DNA of 29,965 bases from a virus (taxonomy: Duplodnaviria; Caudoviricetes): positions 1 to 29,965 of the IMG/VR virus record IMGVR_UViG_3300044846_001141. One strand, given 5' to 3'. Made by a program: the position numbers and the translations under genes. Positions within the stretch are counted from its first letter, which is position 1. The number at the start of each line of letters is the position of its first letter. This document shows positions 7,115 through 16,603 of this stretch, piece by piece. The notes beneath the pieces are model-generated. The model saw only the letters and a program-made list of their open reading frames with translations, was not told where the DNA came from and made no database searches.

Positions 7115-8434
7115 TTATAAAATATTTGCGTTAATATTTGGATATATGTCGTTTCCTGAATTATTTACTATTTGAACTACAAATTCAGCACCCGCAAAAG
7201 CGAATTCAAAATTTATATTATTAATATCAGAATCGTCAAAATTTGTTGTGTTTGTGTTTGTGATTTTGTAAGTGTACGTTAAAGCGTCCCAATCTACAAA
7301 AACGCTTAATTTAGCAACAAAAAATTTTGTTCCGTAACCTATTTTTGCAACTAAATCAATTACACTATTTGGCTCGGCAATAGTTAATATATTTGTAGTA
7401 GAATAAGCACCGCAATAAATATTTCTTTTTGCATAAAATCCCGTTTCATAAGTATTTCCCGTATTATCATAAACACCAATTAAGGTTTCATTTGAAGCGT
7501 TTGAAAAAGGAGTTGCATTTGGTAAATTTCTTGCGCCAAAAATAACAGAATTTGAAACGTCATTTATAAGAATATTATTTAAATAAAAAGAATTTCCTGA
7601 AAGAATATATTGAAAGGCATTATTAAACGCCAACCATTGCGAATTATTATCGTCATAAGAAATCATTATTCCGCCGTCAGCTGATTCAATAGATTGAATT
7701 GAACTACCACTTATTAAAATTTGATTATTTGTTCCGTCAACGTGAAGTTTTGAAGTAGGGTTTGAAGTTCCAATTCCAACATTCCCGTTTGAATCTATTC
7801 GCATACGTTCAGCGGGTGATCCGTTAGAAGAAACCGAAAACAAAAGATTATTTCCTTGCGCACCAATACGAACAGAATTTAAAGTGGTTGTTGCTGAATG
7901 ATAACCAGTGTAACAAATTGCATTATTATTTTGAAAATATCCAACAATAGTAGGAGTACTTGGCTCGTAAATTAAAAATTTAACGCCCCCAAGATGCGGA
8001 GTTGTAGTTCCAACAAGAACGCTTGTTCCATTGTCATAGATTTGGCTATTTTCAAGTGCATTTGTTCCGTTAAATCTTGGAATATAATTGTCAGTTCCAC
8101 TTCCGCCAATTTTTGAAGCTAATCCGGGAACGGTCGGCAAGTCAGCAGTTCCGCCTAAATCACCCGCCAATTTTATTTTTCCTTTTATTGTAGTTGTTGC
8201 GTCCGGTGTTGAAACTCCACTAACTTGGTTGTCAACATAAGTTTTTACCGCTTTTTGTGTAGGAAATAAAACGTCACTTGTTCCCAAAGAAGTATTTGTA
8301 CTTTTGTTTGAAGTGTCTTCTTTGTCTGAATATAATTCGGTAAAATTGTCGTTGGTTTTTATAAAACCATTTCTTAAAGAATCACCCGTTCCGTCATTTG
8401 CCGTTGTTCCAACGTTTATTGTTTGTTGTGCCAT
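7115..8434 (-). CDS. Tail fibre / receptor-binding protein
   Basis: T4 gp9/gp10-like N-terminus (INVGTTANDGTGDSLRNGFIKTNDNFTELY), fibre modules DATTTIKGKIKL and ERMRIDSNGNVGIGT, Asn-rich C-terminus. Confidence 0.8.
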   Translation of the reverse strand: MAQQTINVGTTANDGTGDSLRNGFIKTNDNFTELYSDKEDTSNKSTNTSLGTSDVLFPTQKAVKTYVDNQVSGVSTPDATTTIKGKIKLAGDLGGTADLPTVPGLASKIGGSGTDNYIPRFNGTNALENSQIYDNGTSVLVGTTTPHLGGVKFLIYEPSTPTIVGYFQNNNAICYTGYHSATTTLNSVRIGAQGNNLLFSVSSNGSPAERMRIDSNGNVGIGTSNPTSKLHVDGTNNQILISGSSIQSIESADGGIMISYDDNNSQWLAFNNAFQYILSGNSFYLNNILINDVSNSVIFGARNLPNATPFSNASNETLIGVYDNTGNTYETGFYAKRNIYCGAYSTTNILTIAEPNSVIDLVAKIGYGTKFFVAKLSVFVDWDALTYTYKITNTNTTNFDDSDINNINFEFAFAGAEFVVQIVNNSGNDIYPNINANIL

Positions 8435-8436
8435 AA

Positions 8437-8571
8437 TTAATCGATGTCAATCGTTATTTTTGTATCGTCTATTTTTATTTTTGAATCCGAAACTAAAACG
8501 GATTTTATTTTATTTTTTACAATTTTAATTGTTTCAAAAATTGAAAATGCTATTTCAAAATCTATTTTCAT
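8437..8571 (-). CDS. Small hypothetical protein (44 aa, ends DSKIKIDDTKITIDID)
   Basis: Read manually; sits 2 nt from both neighbours. Confidence 0.65.
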   Translation of the reverse strand: MKIDFEIAFSIFETIKIVKNKIKSVLVSDSKIKIDDTKITIDID

Positions 8572-8573
8572 TT

Positions 8574-8843
8574 TTATGATATATGAACAAAGACCGGATC
8601 GTTTTGTTCAAGTTCCGTTTCAAATTTACAATAAATGTGTGAATTTCCAACATAAACATTGAACACTTCTTGACCAAGTGTGATTGTTTTAAATAAAACA
8701 AAATGCGAATTGTCAACACTAATGTAAAAATAAATATATTGCTTATAATCTTTTAAACCTTTACACGTTATTGTATGTAATCCGTTAACGTTTCGAGTTG
8801 TTGACGTTGTGTTCGTTGTTACTCCGTTTAAAAGTGTGTGCAT
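8574..8843 (-). CDS. Hypothetical beta-rich virion-associated protein (89 aa)
   Basis: ORF track; in the structural operon. Confidence 0.65.
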   Translation of the reverse strand: MHTLLNGVTTNTTSTTRNVNGLHTITCKGLKDYKQYIYFYISVDNSHFVLFKTITLGQEVFNVYVGNSHIYCKFETELEQNDPVFVHIS

Positions 8844-8907
8844 TTTTCAAAAATATTTTTAGTTTTTTTATGTTTTCTTCCGTTCTTTTGTCAACTTTTC
8901 TTCTCAT
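8785..8907 (-). CDS. Small basic protein (40 aa, MRRKVDKRTEENIKKLKIFLK...)
   Basis: Read manually; starts 1 nt after the adaptor stop and overlaps the next ORF. Confidence 0.45.
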   Translation of the reverse strand: MRRKVDKRTEENIKKLKIFLKNAHTFKRSNNEHNVNNSKR

Positions 8908-8908
8908 A

Positions 8909-9415
8909 TTAATAAGGATTATCTAAATACCATTTTCCGCAAATCATTTTTGACTTCAAAGGATTAACAATATTGTTTGAATTTGAAACATATTCCGGTA
9001 AATGGTTTTTACAAAGCCAACGTTCCAAACGTGATTCGTACATTTCCATTTTTAAACGTTGATTTTGCACTAAATAGTCAACCTCAACTTTGTCAATCGA
9101 TGTCGAGTCCGCCGGATTGTGTTTTGAAATTCCGCCGTTGTTAATTTGATACGCACCAAACAACAAATATTCCATTGCCGACCCGTGAATAATGTAAGGT
9201 TTTAAATAATCTTCGTACAAAGTCAAATATTCATCAACCAAATCGTCGTTTTCAAAGTCTTCGCAAATTTTATTGTAAAGCGTTTCGCCCAAAACTTCCT
9301 CAACTCTAATGCGTTGAAAGTCAGCAATTGACACAACGTATTTATCAACGTCAATATTTCCGCCCAAAGGCGTATTTTTTGTCAGTTCGTCTTGTCTTAA
9401 TAGTATAGTTGTCAT
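8909..9415 (-). CDS. Putative head-tail adaptor
   Basis: 168-aa helical acidic protein directly after the portal; function inferred from position. Confidence 0.5.
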   Translation of the reverse strand: MTTILLRQDELTKNTPLGGNIDVDKYVVSIADFQRIRVEEVLGETLYNKICEDFENDDLVDEYLTLYEDYLKPYIIHGSAMEYLLFGAYQINNGGISKHNPADSTSIDKVEVDYLVQNQRLKMEMYESRLERWLCKNHLPEYVSNSNNIVNPLKSKMICGKWYLDNPY

Positions 9416-9416
9416 T

Positions 9417-11330
9417 TTATTTTCTATAATTTGGATCTAATGACCAATAGTTATTTTTTGATTCGGCAACTTGCGCGACCTCACTTGGATTTTGTGGCAA
9501 TCTTGCCCCCGCCCTTTCGCTTGGGTCTAAATCATTAATGATTCGGATTGCTTCGGTTACTGAAATCGATTTGTTGTTTCGTTTCAAATAAATTTTTCTC
9601 AACCAAAAATGCTGACAATTAACACCACCTTTATATAAAAATAAATTGTAAGTGTCCGATCCACCCGCACCAAGTCCAGGATTAATATTTGCGTTTTCAG
9701 ACGCAAACAAAATGTCTTCTTTGCGATAAACCTTTGACGCGCTTACCATTTTACGACAAAATTCGCGTGAATTTGCACTTGCGTTCAAAGGTGCATATTG
9801 ATAGCGCACTTTGAACAAATCATTGTCTTGTTCGCTTGTTACGTTTGGAAACGATGTCGGAACGGAAGCCAATTTCAAAGTCAATTCAGTTATTTCGGGC
9901 ATTCCTTGTTGAGTGCGTTCGTCAATCAATTCGTAATTTTCTAAATCTTCGCTTTCACCTAATTCAATTAATGCGTCCGCAATTTCATTAAAAACCGCGT
10001 CGTCTTCCTTTGAGTGATTTCCGCATTGCAAATGTAATTGTTGAATCGGTGCGGGTTGACTTGTAAACATTGCCCTCGCAACCTCAACCGGTAACGTCAA
10101 GAATTGAACAAGGAAAACAATTGCTTGTTCTTCCGTCAAAATTCCTTCTTTTACTTTTGCAATAATGTCAACCGCACTTGAAATTTGCGCACCATTGTAC
10201 GAAACTTTTGAATCAACCAAATTGTCAACTTGTTCTTCGACAACGTCACTTGCATTTAGATTCAAAAAGTCAAGCGAAATTGTAATATTATTAACCGCGA
10301 AAACGTCTTCCAACGCGTCGCAAATAATTTCTTGTTTTGGTCTTATAACCTTTTCCATTAATTCAGAAAACGCAACCGCGATTTCGTCCGCATTTGAAGA
10401 AAATCCCGACGCTTCTTTAACACCCACCAACATAGGCGATGTCAATTTGTGCGATGTCATAATTTGTTGACGCGCTTCTGAAGATAAAAATTGATATTGT
10501 GAATGCGCGTCGCTAACTTCCAACGGCGCAATTGTGATTTCCGAATCTTTGTTGTCGTTCCAATTCAAAAAGAATTTACCAGCGTTTGACGATCCGGTTA
10601 AGTGTTTGCGAATTTCCGCAGTATTTTGACGAATTTCGTCTTCCGACATTTGAACTCCGGTATTCATATTTATAACGTGACCAAATGATAATCCGTTTTG
10701 AATATGATTCACGCAATAGTTGGCAATTTCAGCTTCCAAAGTTGAATAAGGAAGTCCGGAAACATAACTTGGATTTGCATAATAAAATTGTCCAACTTGG
10801 TAGTCGTGAATTACAAAGATTTCACTTCGTTCGCCTTTTGATTGTTCACCATATCCGAACGCGTCAAAACGTTCCGGTTTGTATTTGTTTACGTTTCTGA
10901 AATCATAACTAAAATAATACCCAACAATTTCGCCTTCTTCGTTTGCGATTTCCGGTGCAACGCATTGTTTTGGTAAATGAAAAACTTTTGTGATTTTATT
11001 GTCAAAATATTTTATTTCAAAAGACGCTTCGCCAAACATTTCGAAATCCTTTACGATTTTACGCAAATCTTTTTTTGAAATCATTGAAACAACGTTCGCC
11101 CACTGCGAAGGTTGTCTTAATTTATCTTTTGAAGTCAATCCTTTTCCATAAATGAATTGAGAATAAGAATCAATGATTGCCGAATTTGTAGGCGATCCGT
11201 TATAAGCGTCAATTATATCATAATAAAATTGATTTTTGTCGCCATTTAACACCCACTTTTTGCCCGAAACTTCTTTGATTTCCGGTCTTACATAATTGGC
11301 AAGTTGTAAAATTTGAATATTGTTTTCCAT
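9417..11330 (-). CDS. Portal protein with C-terminal MuF/gp7-like extension
   Basis: The N-terminal ~360 aa is portal-like (HLTGSSNAGK, IMTSHKLTSPMLVG, VIRPKQ). The C-terminus has SREFC...KGGVNCQHFW. Confidence 0.8.
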   Translation of the reverse strand: MENNIQILQLANYVRPEIKEVSGKKWVLNGDKNQFYYDIIDAYNGSPTNSAIIDSYSQFIYGKGLTSKDKLRQPSQWANVVSMISKKDLRKIVKDFEMFGEASFEIKYFDNKITKVFHLPKQCVAPEIANEEGEIVGYYFSYDFRNVNKYKPERFDAFGYGEQSKGERSEIFVIHDYQVGQFYYANPSYVSGLPYSTLEAEIANYCVNHIQNGLSFGHVINMNTGVQMSEDEIRQNTAEIRKHLTGSSNAGKFFLNWNDNKDSEITIAPLEVSDAHSQYQFLSSEARQQIMTSHKLTSPMLVGVKEASGFSSNADEIAVAFSELMEKVIRPKQEIICDALEDVFAVNNITISLDFLNLNASDVVEEQVDNLVDSKVSYNGAQISSAVDIIAKVKEGILTEEQAIVFLVQFLTLPVEVARAMFTSQPAPIQQLHLQCGNHSKEDDAVFNEIADALIELGESEDLENYELIDERTQQGMPEITELTLKLASVPTSFPNVTSEQDNDLFKVRYQYAPLNASANSREFCRKMVSASKVYRKEDILFASENANINPGLGAGGSDTYNLFLYKGGVNCQHFWLRKIYLKRNNKSISVTEAIRIINDLDPSERAGARLPQNPSEVAQVAESKNNYWSLDPNYRK

Positions 11331-11332
11331 TT

Positions 11333-11641
11333 TTATATTTTTAAAACACCCTTTGTCAATTTGAAATTTTCCAAATCGGTTTGAGTTGTTGCATAAGATT
11401 TTCCACGATACAACAATTGGTCGTCTATTATGTCGAAAATTTCAATGTCCGAAGATTCACCTTCAACAAATACCTTTTCAAATTCTAAAATCATATAATT
11501 TCCGTCTTGTAAAGCGGGAATTTCAAATGTTTCGATTGTGTCTTTTAATTCGTTTCTAATTTTCAAAACAACAACCTCGCATTGCTTTCTTGGAATGCAA
11601 CGTAAAGAATGAATTTCGTCGATTGGGTTAAATACTACCAT
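11333..11641 (-). CDS. Putative head-closure/structural protein (102 aa, start MVVFNP)
   Basis: 3' part of ORF 11333..11692. The upstream extension overlaps a terminator, so the ATG at 11641 is preferred. Confidence 0.55.
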   Translation of the reverse strand: MVVFNPIDEIHSLRCIPRKQCEVVVLKIRNELKDTIETFEIPALQDGNYMILEFEKVFVEGESSDIEIFDIIDDQLLYRGKSYATTQTDLENFKLTKGVLKI

Positions 11642-11674
11642 ATTAAAATAACAAAAAAATTCAAAATGTAACAT

Positions 11675-11710
11675 AAAAAAAACGCACCTCAAATAAATGA
11701 AGTGCGTCTT
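11675..11710 (-). terminator. Rho-independent terminator after the major tail gene
   Basis: GACGCACTTCA-TTTATT-TGAGGTGCGTT followed by a T run. Confidence 0.8.
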
Positions 11711-11728
11711 TTACAAAAAATGAACAAT

Positions 11729-12259
11729 TTATGAAACCACTACGTCCGAAACGATTGCTTTTAAAGCGGTTTTTGTCGTATTGTCAAGGAATGGTGAATT
11801 GTCTTTTTCCTCGGCATTGATTGTAAGTGTGAAACCACTTAAATCAGCACTTGCGCCCCCACTCACTTTTGTCATATTTGACATAGTACCATTATAAGCA
11901 CCAACATAAACGATGTTTCCGTTGTAATCTTCAACAAAAACACTTGGTCTTCCAGCACAAATCAATTGACATTGTGCTTGTAGATCCGCCGACAATTTAG
12001 GAAGTGTTACCGCCAACGCTTGGGCAACAAAGAAAGTTCCGTTATCTTCAGAAGAAGTACCGGTTTCAGTCAAAGTGTTTGTTGTTGCTTTTACTTCGTA
12101 TTTGAAAACTTCGTCCAAAGTTCCCAATGAAGTTACAACGTGCGTTGCAATTGTAATTCCAAAATCTTCAGCAGTTCCATTTGCGAAATAAATTGATTTT
12201 ATTCCGCCTTTTTGGTCTTTACAATTTAATAAACGACCTTTTGAAACTAAACAAGACAT
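11729..12259 (-). CDS. Putative major tail (tube) protein
   Basis: 176 aa, Thr/Ser/Gly-rich, beta-type, MSC...C...GG N-terminus. Follows the capsid gene and is flanked by terminators. Confidence 0.6.
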   Translation of the reverse strand: MSCLVSKGRLLNCKDQKGGIKSIYFANGTAEDFGITIATHVVTSLGTLDEVFKYEVKATTNTLTETGTSSEDNGTFFVAQALAVTLPKLSADLQAQCQLICAGRPSVFVEDYNGNIVYVGAYNGTMSNMTKVSGGASADLSGFTLTINAEEKDNSPFLDNTTKTALKAIVSDVVVS

Positions 12260-12283
12260 ATTTTTTTATTTAAAAGTTAATTT

Positions 12284-12315
12284 AATAAACCGCGACTTTT
12301 CAATCGCGGTTTTTT
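12284..12315 (-). terminator. Hairpin/terminator after the capsid gene
   Basis: AAACCGCGA / TCGCGGTTT inverted repeat with A/T-rich flanks. Confidence 0.7.
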
Positions 12316-12324
12316 ATTTATTGA

Positions 12325-13254
12325 TTAGTCTTCATAAGTTAACCAAACAATCTCACTTGGGTTATAGTAACCAACACCCGCAGAATAAACAACTTTTCCA
12401 CGAACTTTTCCAGTTAATAAACCGATTGAATCTTCGTCAACAAGTGTGAATGTGTTGTAGTCAGCTAAAAGACCCGTTCCGAAAACAAGGTTTTTCTTTT
12501 CGAAAATAGCAACAGTGTTGTCAGGTAATCCGTTCACAACTTGAATTTGGTATCTTCCGATTGATAAAGCGAAATCAGTATTTCCTAATCCGTTAGTTAC
12601 ACCAGCAGTTGCTAATTTGAAAGCATACATTTGAGCAACGTCAGGTGAAACCGCAACAACTAATTCTTTACGTCTTAAAGCGTAAGGAACTGCGTTTAAA
12701 GCCGGTTTTAAATAAGAATCTAAAACGTTTGATTCAGAAACAACCGCGCTTGGGTTTGTTAATCCGTTCCCACCTTTGATAATGTCAGCGTCAGCCGACC
12801 ACAAAGTTAAGAATCCGTCGAATTCAGAACTTGTTCCGCTATCCCCTTGCCACATATCAGTTTCTAATTTTTCAGCCATTGCGCCTAAAACTTCCATTTG
12901 CAATGCTTCCATAATGTCAGCCGGTGCGTTTGGATTTGAAGCGTTTGCGCCCATAATAGAATCCGACCAAGTTGCGCGGAAATCTTCTTTGCAAACGTCT
13001 AAATCATTTTTGAATTTTTTAGGTTCTAAAGTATTTTCGTTTAATACGATAGCACCCGCCGGAGTGAATCCGCAAGTGTATGCAGTTGTTCCGTTTGTGT
13101 ACTGAATTTTTCTTAAAGACAATTTATAGTTAACGTCTTCTGCAATTGTAACTAATCCTTTTGAAATAGTGTCAATTTCTTTGAATGCTTGACCGATGAT
13201 TGCACCAGCCGATTTTCCTTCATAATTTGAAGCGATTGTTGTTGTTGTTGCCAT
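12325..13254 (-). CDS. Major capsid protein
   Basis: 309 aa directly after the protease/scaffold, MWQGD...FDG motif, followed by a hairpin. Confidence 0.8.
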   Translation of the reverse strand: MATTTTIASNYEGKSAGAIIGQAFKEIDTISKGLVTIAEDVNYKLSLRKIQYTNGTTAYTCGFTPAGAIVLNENTLEPKKFKNDLDVCKEDFRATWSDSIMGANASNPNAPADIMEALQMEVLGAMAEKLETDMWQGDSGTSSEFDGFLTLWSADADIIKGGNGLTNPSAVVSESNVLDSYLKPALNAVPYALRRKELVVAVSPDVAQMYAFKLATAGVTNGLGNTDFALSIGRYQIQVVNGLPDNTVAIFEKKNLVFGTGLLADYNTFTLVDEDSIGLLTGKVRGKVVYSAGVGYYNPSEIVWLTYED

Positions 13255-13256
13255 TG

Positions 13257-14342
13257 TTATTGCAAATTTTTAATGTTTGATAAAATTCTTTCTTTTTTAC
13301 TCATTGCAATAGTCACGTCGTTTTTAATTTCCGGCGTTACTTTTGCGCTTGGTTTGATTTCTTTTGTTGCTTTTGCAGTTTCTATTTCAGCTTTCATTTC
13401 AATTTTGATTGCTTCAATTTCGTTTGCAACGTGTTTTGAAAATTGCGTGAACATTTCGCGAATCATATCAACGAATTTTTGAGTTTCGTCTGCATTCATT
13501 TCAACGTCTGCGCTTTCTTCTTCTACGTCTTCAACAACTTTTTCTTTAATTTCTGCAATCATACCTTCTTCGGTGATTACTAAAATTCTGCCGTCTTCAA
13601 GTTCGTGTTCGCCAATTGGCGCCGGAACTTTGTCACCATTTTCAGCAATCACAAAAACCGGAATTCCGGCTTCAAATGATTCAGCTTCTAAAATGGTCAC
13701 CCCGTCAATCAATTTCATTTGTGCTAATTCAACAACAACTTCTTCTTGTTTGTTGCTTAAAACTGCCTCAAATCCTTCTTTGATTGCATTTGTGATTGAT
13801 TCTAAATTCATATCAGTGTTTAAATTAATTTTCTCTAAATCAAACATTCCGTCGATTGAAAATCCTTTGACTTGACCCGTCTTAACGTAGTCATTCCAAA
13901 TTTCCTCATTATCAACTTTCATTGTTGCAAACCAAGTTCCGTTCGGCTCATTGATTCCATAGGCAACCGATTTGTCGTGAACGTCGTCTTCTTTTATCCA
14001 AGATTCAACAAATGTCACGCCGTCAATTTCTTTGTCGTGTTCCAATGATGAATTTTGTTGATACGATTGTTTGAAAAAGTTTTCCATTGACTTGCGAATC
14101 GTGTCGGCTGAAAATACAATATTGAATTCCATTCCGTTTTGATTTCTATAAATCGGTAAATCAGGAACTAAAACCGCACCAAGCAAAATTCTTTTTTCAT
14201 TGTCAATTGTTGACAATTGAATTTTTTGTTGTTTGCTTAATGCAATAAAGTTTGATTGTATTGCCGGATCTTCAACAAGTGAAATTCCGAAAACTCCGTC
14301 AACTTTTTCTTCGTCAAATACTATTTCGTACGTTGGTAACAT
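13257..14342 (-). CDS. Prohead serine protease (XkdF-like) fused to an acidic scaffold
   Basis: ISLVEDPAI, EH, ESWI, GTWF and KGFSIDG motifs, followed by an acidic/coiled-coil C-terminal half. Confidence 0.8.
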   Translation of the reverse strand: MLPTYEIVFDEEKVDGVFGISLVEDPAIQSNFIALSKQQKIQLSTIDNEKRILLGAVLVPDLPIYRNQNGMEFNIVFSADTIRKSMENFFKQSYQQNSSLEHDKEIDGVTFVESWIKEDDVHDKSVAYGINEPNGTWFATMKVDNEEIWNDYVKTGQVKGFSIDGMFDLEKINLNTDMNLESITNAIKEGFEAVLSNKQEEVVVELAQMKLIDGVTILEAESFEAGIPVFVIAENGDKVPAPIGEHELEDGRILVITEEGMIAEIKEKVVEDVEEESADVEMNADETQKFVDMIREMFTQFSKHVANEIEAIKIEMKAEIETAKATKEIKPSAKVTPEIKNDVTIAMSKKERILSNIKNLQ

Positions 14343-14382
14343 ATATATATAATTTAAAATTTTAATTTGTTATAAACTTTTA

Positions 14383-14437
14383 TATCTTATAGGGTATAAA
14401 TTAAACATATATTATTTCATTTATACCCTATCAGGTA
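14383..14437. promoter_or_regulatory. Paired operator-like palindromes / 13-bp inverted repeat upstream of the head operon
   Basis: ATAGGGTATAAAT (14389-14401) and ATTTATACCCTAT (14419-14431); each arm overlaps a TAYC-N6-GGTA dyad. Confidence 0.6.
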
Positions 14438-14438
14438 T

Positions 14439-16478
14439 TTATCCAAGTGTTGCATTTTGAACAATATTTCGATTCAAAGATTGTGCGGTTGTTACATTAC
14501 TAGCAACGACATAAGCTTGAACCGGATTTTGTTGCATTGCACTGCCAAGCGTTGACGCCAATTGATTTGTTCCACTATTTCCGACAACGTTGAATTGTGG
14601 TGCGGAAGTTGCGCCACCGCCACCGGCTGAAATTGAAGGTGCTGAAGTTCCGCCACCTTTTCCGCCCGGCGTTTTTACTGACAATATTTTTTTAATATTC
14701 ATTAATCCACCCGCAACGGCAACACCCGCGAAAACCGCCCCAAGTGCCGGTGACGAAACCGTTGGCACGGGAAGGAATGCCGATTCATATGCTTTTTGCG
14801 CGGTTGAATAAGTTGAAATTGCAGTTGACGCGATTGCAAGTGCTTTTCCGGCGTTTGTTGATTCACCGGCAATCGCTGACATTTGAGAAAGTGCATTTCC
14901 AATTCCGGCAAGTTGCGCCTCTTTTGATTGAACTTCCAATTTGTCAAGTTCAATTCTCGCTTTTGTATTGTCGTCCTTTGCTTTTGTTCGTTCTTCTTCC
15001 GATTTGAAAAACCCTTCGTCAATCAATTGCGATTGTTCGTCAAGCAATTCTTTGCGTTCTTCAAACGTTAAAGTTTGGTCTTCAAATTCCTTTTGCTTAT
15101 TTTCTAAATCTTTTTGCGTTTTTTCTTGGGCGTCTTTGTCGTCAATTTCTTTTTCTAAAATTTTATATTTTTCAAGAATTTCCAAACGTGCCTTTGCTTT
15201 TTCTTCCGCCGACAATTTAACATTGTCAAGTTCTTCCAAATCACGCTTTTTTTGTAGTTCCAATTTTTCGCGTTCCGTTTTTGCGGTTAAATCTTCAACA
15301 CTTTTTGCGTGTTTTTCTTCAATTGCTTTTAAAGCGTCTTTTTGCTTTTGTAATTCGTCGGCTTCCTTTTTAAGTGCTTCTTCGTTTTTCTTGGCTTTGT
15401 CGTTTGCAATTTGTTTCGCGTCGTCACTTGCTTTTTTATCAATATTATTAATCGCAATTTGATGACCGGCTTTGTCATTTTTAAGTTTCAACAATGCTTT
15501 TTCTTGTTCTTCAATTACTTTGTCGCCTTCCGCTTTTGTTTTTTCCGGATCGAAAACAAATTTTGAAGCAGTTGTGAAAAATTTATCAGTTAATCCAAAA
15601 TCTTTTCCAAGTGCTTTTCCGACATAGTCAATTGTTTTTAAAAGCAATGTCAAAGGGACACTCATATATTTAAGAATTCCCGCCAAAATTTCCTGGTTTC
15701 TTCTTGCCGACGCTTCTTGCGCCTTTGCAGTTACAATGCTATTCTTTAACCTTATTTCAGCGTCTTTAATTGTTTCGTCGGTTTGTGCAATTTTCATTTG
15801 CAAAATTTCCTTTTCCGACTTGCCTTGCAATCTTAAAGAATTTTCTTGTAGTGAAAAATTATCTAATTTTTTTTGACTTGCCTCTAAATTGCTGTCGGAT
15901 AATTTATTCAATTCTTTTTGTTCTTCCGAAACACCGCTAACAACTTCTTTAATATCGTCCCAATAAGCGTAAATTGCACCAAGCGCAACAACAAGCAAAC
16001 CGATTCCGGTTGATCCGATTGCGGTTTTAATTCCGTTCAATGCGTTTATTGCAACGGCTTTCAATTGTTTGAATGCGTCCGCACTTTCACCAAGTTGTTG
16101 CAACCCAGTTGACAACGCCATTGCTGATTGAACTTTTAAAAGTGTTTTTTCAACTGATTCAGATTCAGCACCCATTAAACCCATAGCACCTTGAACGGCT
16201 GAAAATCCACCCGCAACGCCCGACAAAGACGATGTCAAAGATTTGAATTTCGCGTCGGGATTAAATGCGTCGGTCAATGCTTTTGCGTCGCCGATTTGGT
16301 CTTTTAATTCCGAAGCACGTTTCGCCGCCTCGACCGCTTCTTTTGAAGTTGCGCCAAATTTTGCACTCAATTCCGCAACGTCTTGTTGTGCTTCGCGGAA
16401 TTGCGTTCTTAATGATTTTACCGCTTCTTCCGCGCCTTCGCTTTGGATTTTTACGTCAATTATTTTTTCAATTGCCAT
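14439..16478 (-). CDS. Tail tape measure protein
   Basis: 679 aa with Ala/Gly-rich hydrophobic blocks flanking a long charged coiled coil. Confidence 0.85.
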   Translation of the reverse strand: MAIEKIIDVKIQSEGAEEAVKSLRTQFREAQQDVAELSAKFGATSKEAVEAAKRASELKDQIGDAKALTDAFNPDAKFKSLTSSLSGVAGGFSAVQGAMGLMGAESESVEKTLLKVQSAMALSTGLQQLGESADAFKQLKAVAINALNGIKTAIGSTGIGLLVVALGAIYAYWDDIKEVVSGVSEEQKELNKLSDSNLEASQKKLDNFSLQENSLRLQGKSEKEILQMKIAQTDETIKDAEIRLKNSIVTAKAQEASARRNQEILAGILKYMSVPLTLLLKTIDYVGKALGKDFGLTDKFFTTASKFVFDPEKTKAEGDKVIEEQEKALLKLKNDKAGHQIAINNIDKKASDDAKQIANDKAKKNEEALKKEADELQKQKDALKAIEEKHAKSVEDLTAKTEREKLELQKKRDLEELDNVKLSAEEKAKARLEILEKYKILEKEIDDKDAQEKTQKDLENKQKEFEDQTLTFEERKELLDEQSQLIDEGFFKSEEERTKAKDDNTKARIELDKLEVQSKEAQLAGIGNALSQMSAIAGESTNAGKALAIASTAISTYSTAQKAYESAFLPVPTVSSPALGAVFAGVAVAGGLMNIKKILSVKTPGGKGGGTSAPSISAGGGGATSAPQFNVVGNSGTNQLASTLGSAMQQNPVQAYVVASNVTTAQSLNRNIVQNATLG

Positions 16479-16603
16479 TGTTTCGCCTTTTTAATAATTT
16501 CTTTTATAGTTTTTGGAAATTGATATTTCCCTTTTGCAATTGAAATCACTTCATTTGCTTGAAAATTTTGTGCTAATTTTAGCAACTCGGATAAATTATG
16601 CAT
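16460..16603 (-). CDS. Small hypothetical protein (47 aa, ...ISIAKGKYQFPKT...)
   Basis: Read manually; overlaps both neighbours and bridges the tail protein and tape measure genes. Confidence 0.65.
   Translation of the reverse strand: MHNLSELLKLAQNFQANEVISIAKGKYQFPKTIKEIIKKAKQWQLKK

Noticed and set aside
7115-8434. Iron-binding HxH fibre motifs or a diversity-generating retroelement target
   Set aside because: There are no HxH motifs in the fibre, and I saw no reverse transcriptase or template repeat.
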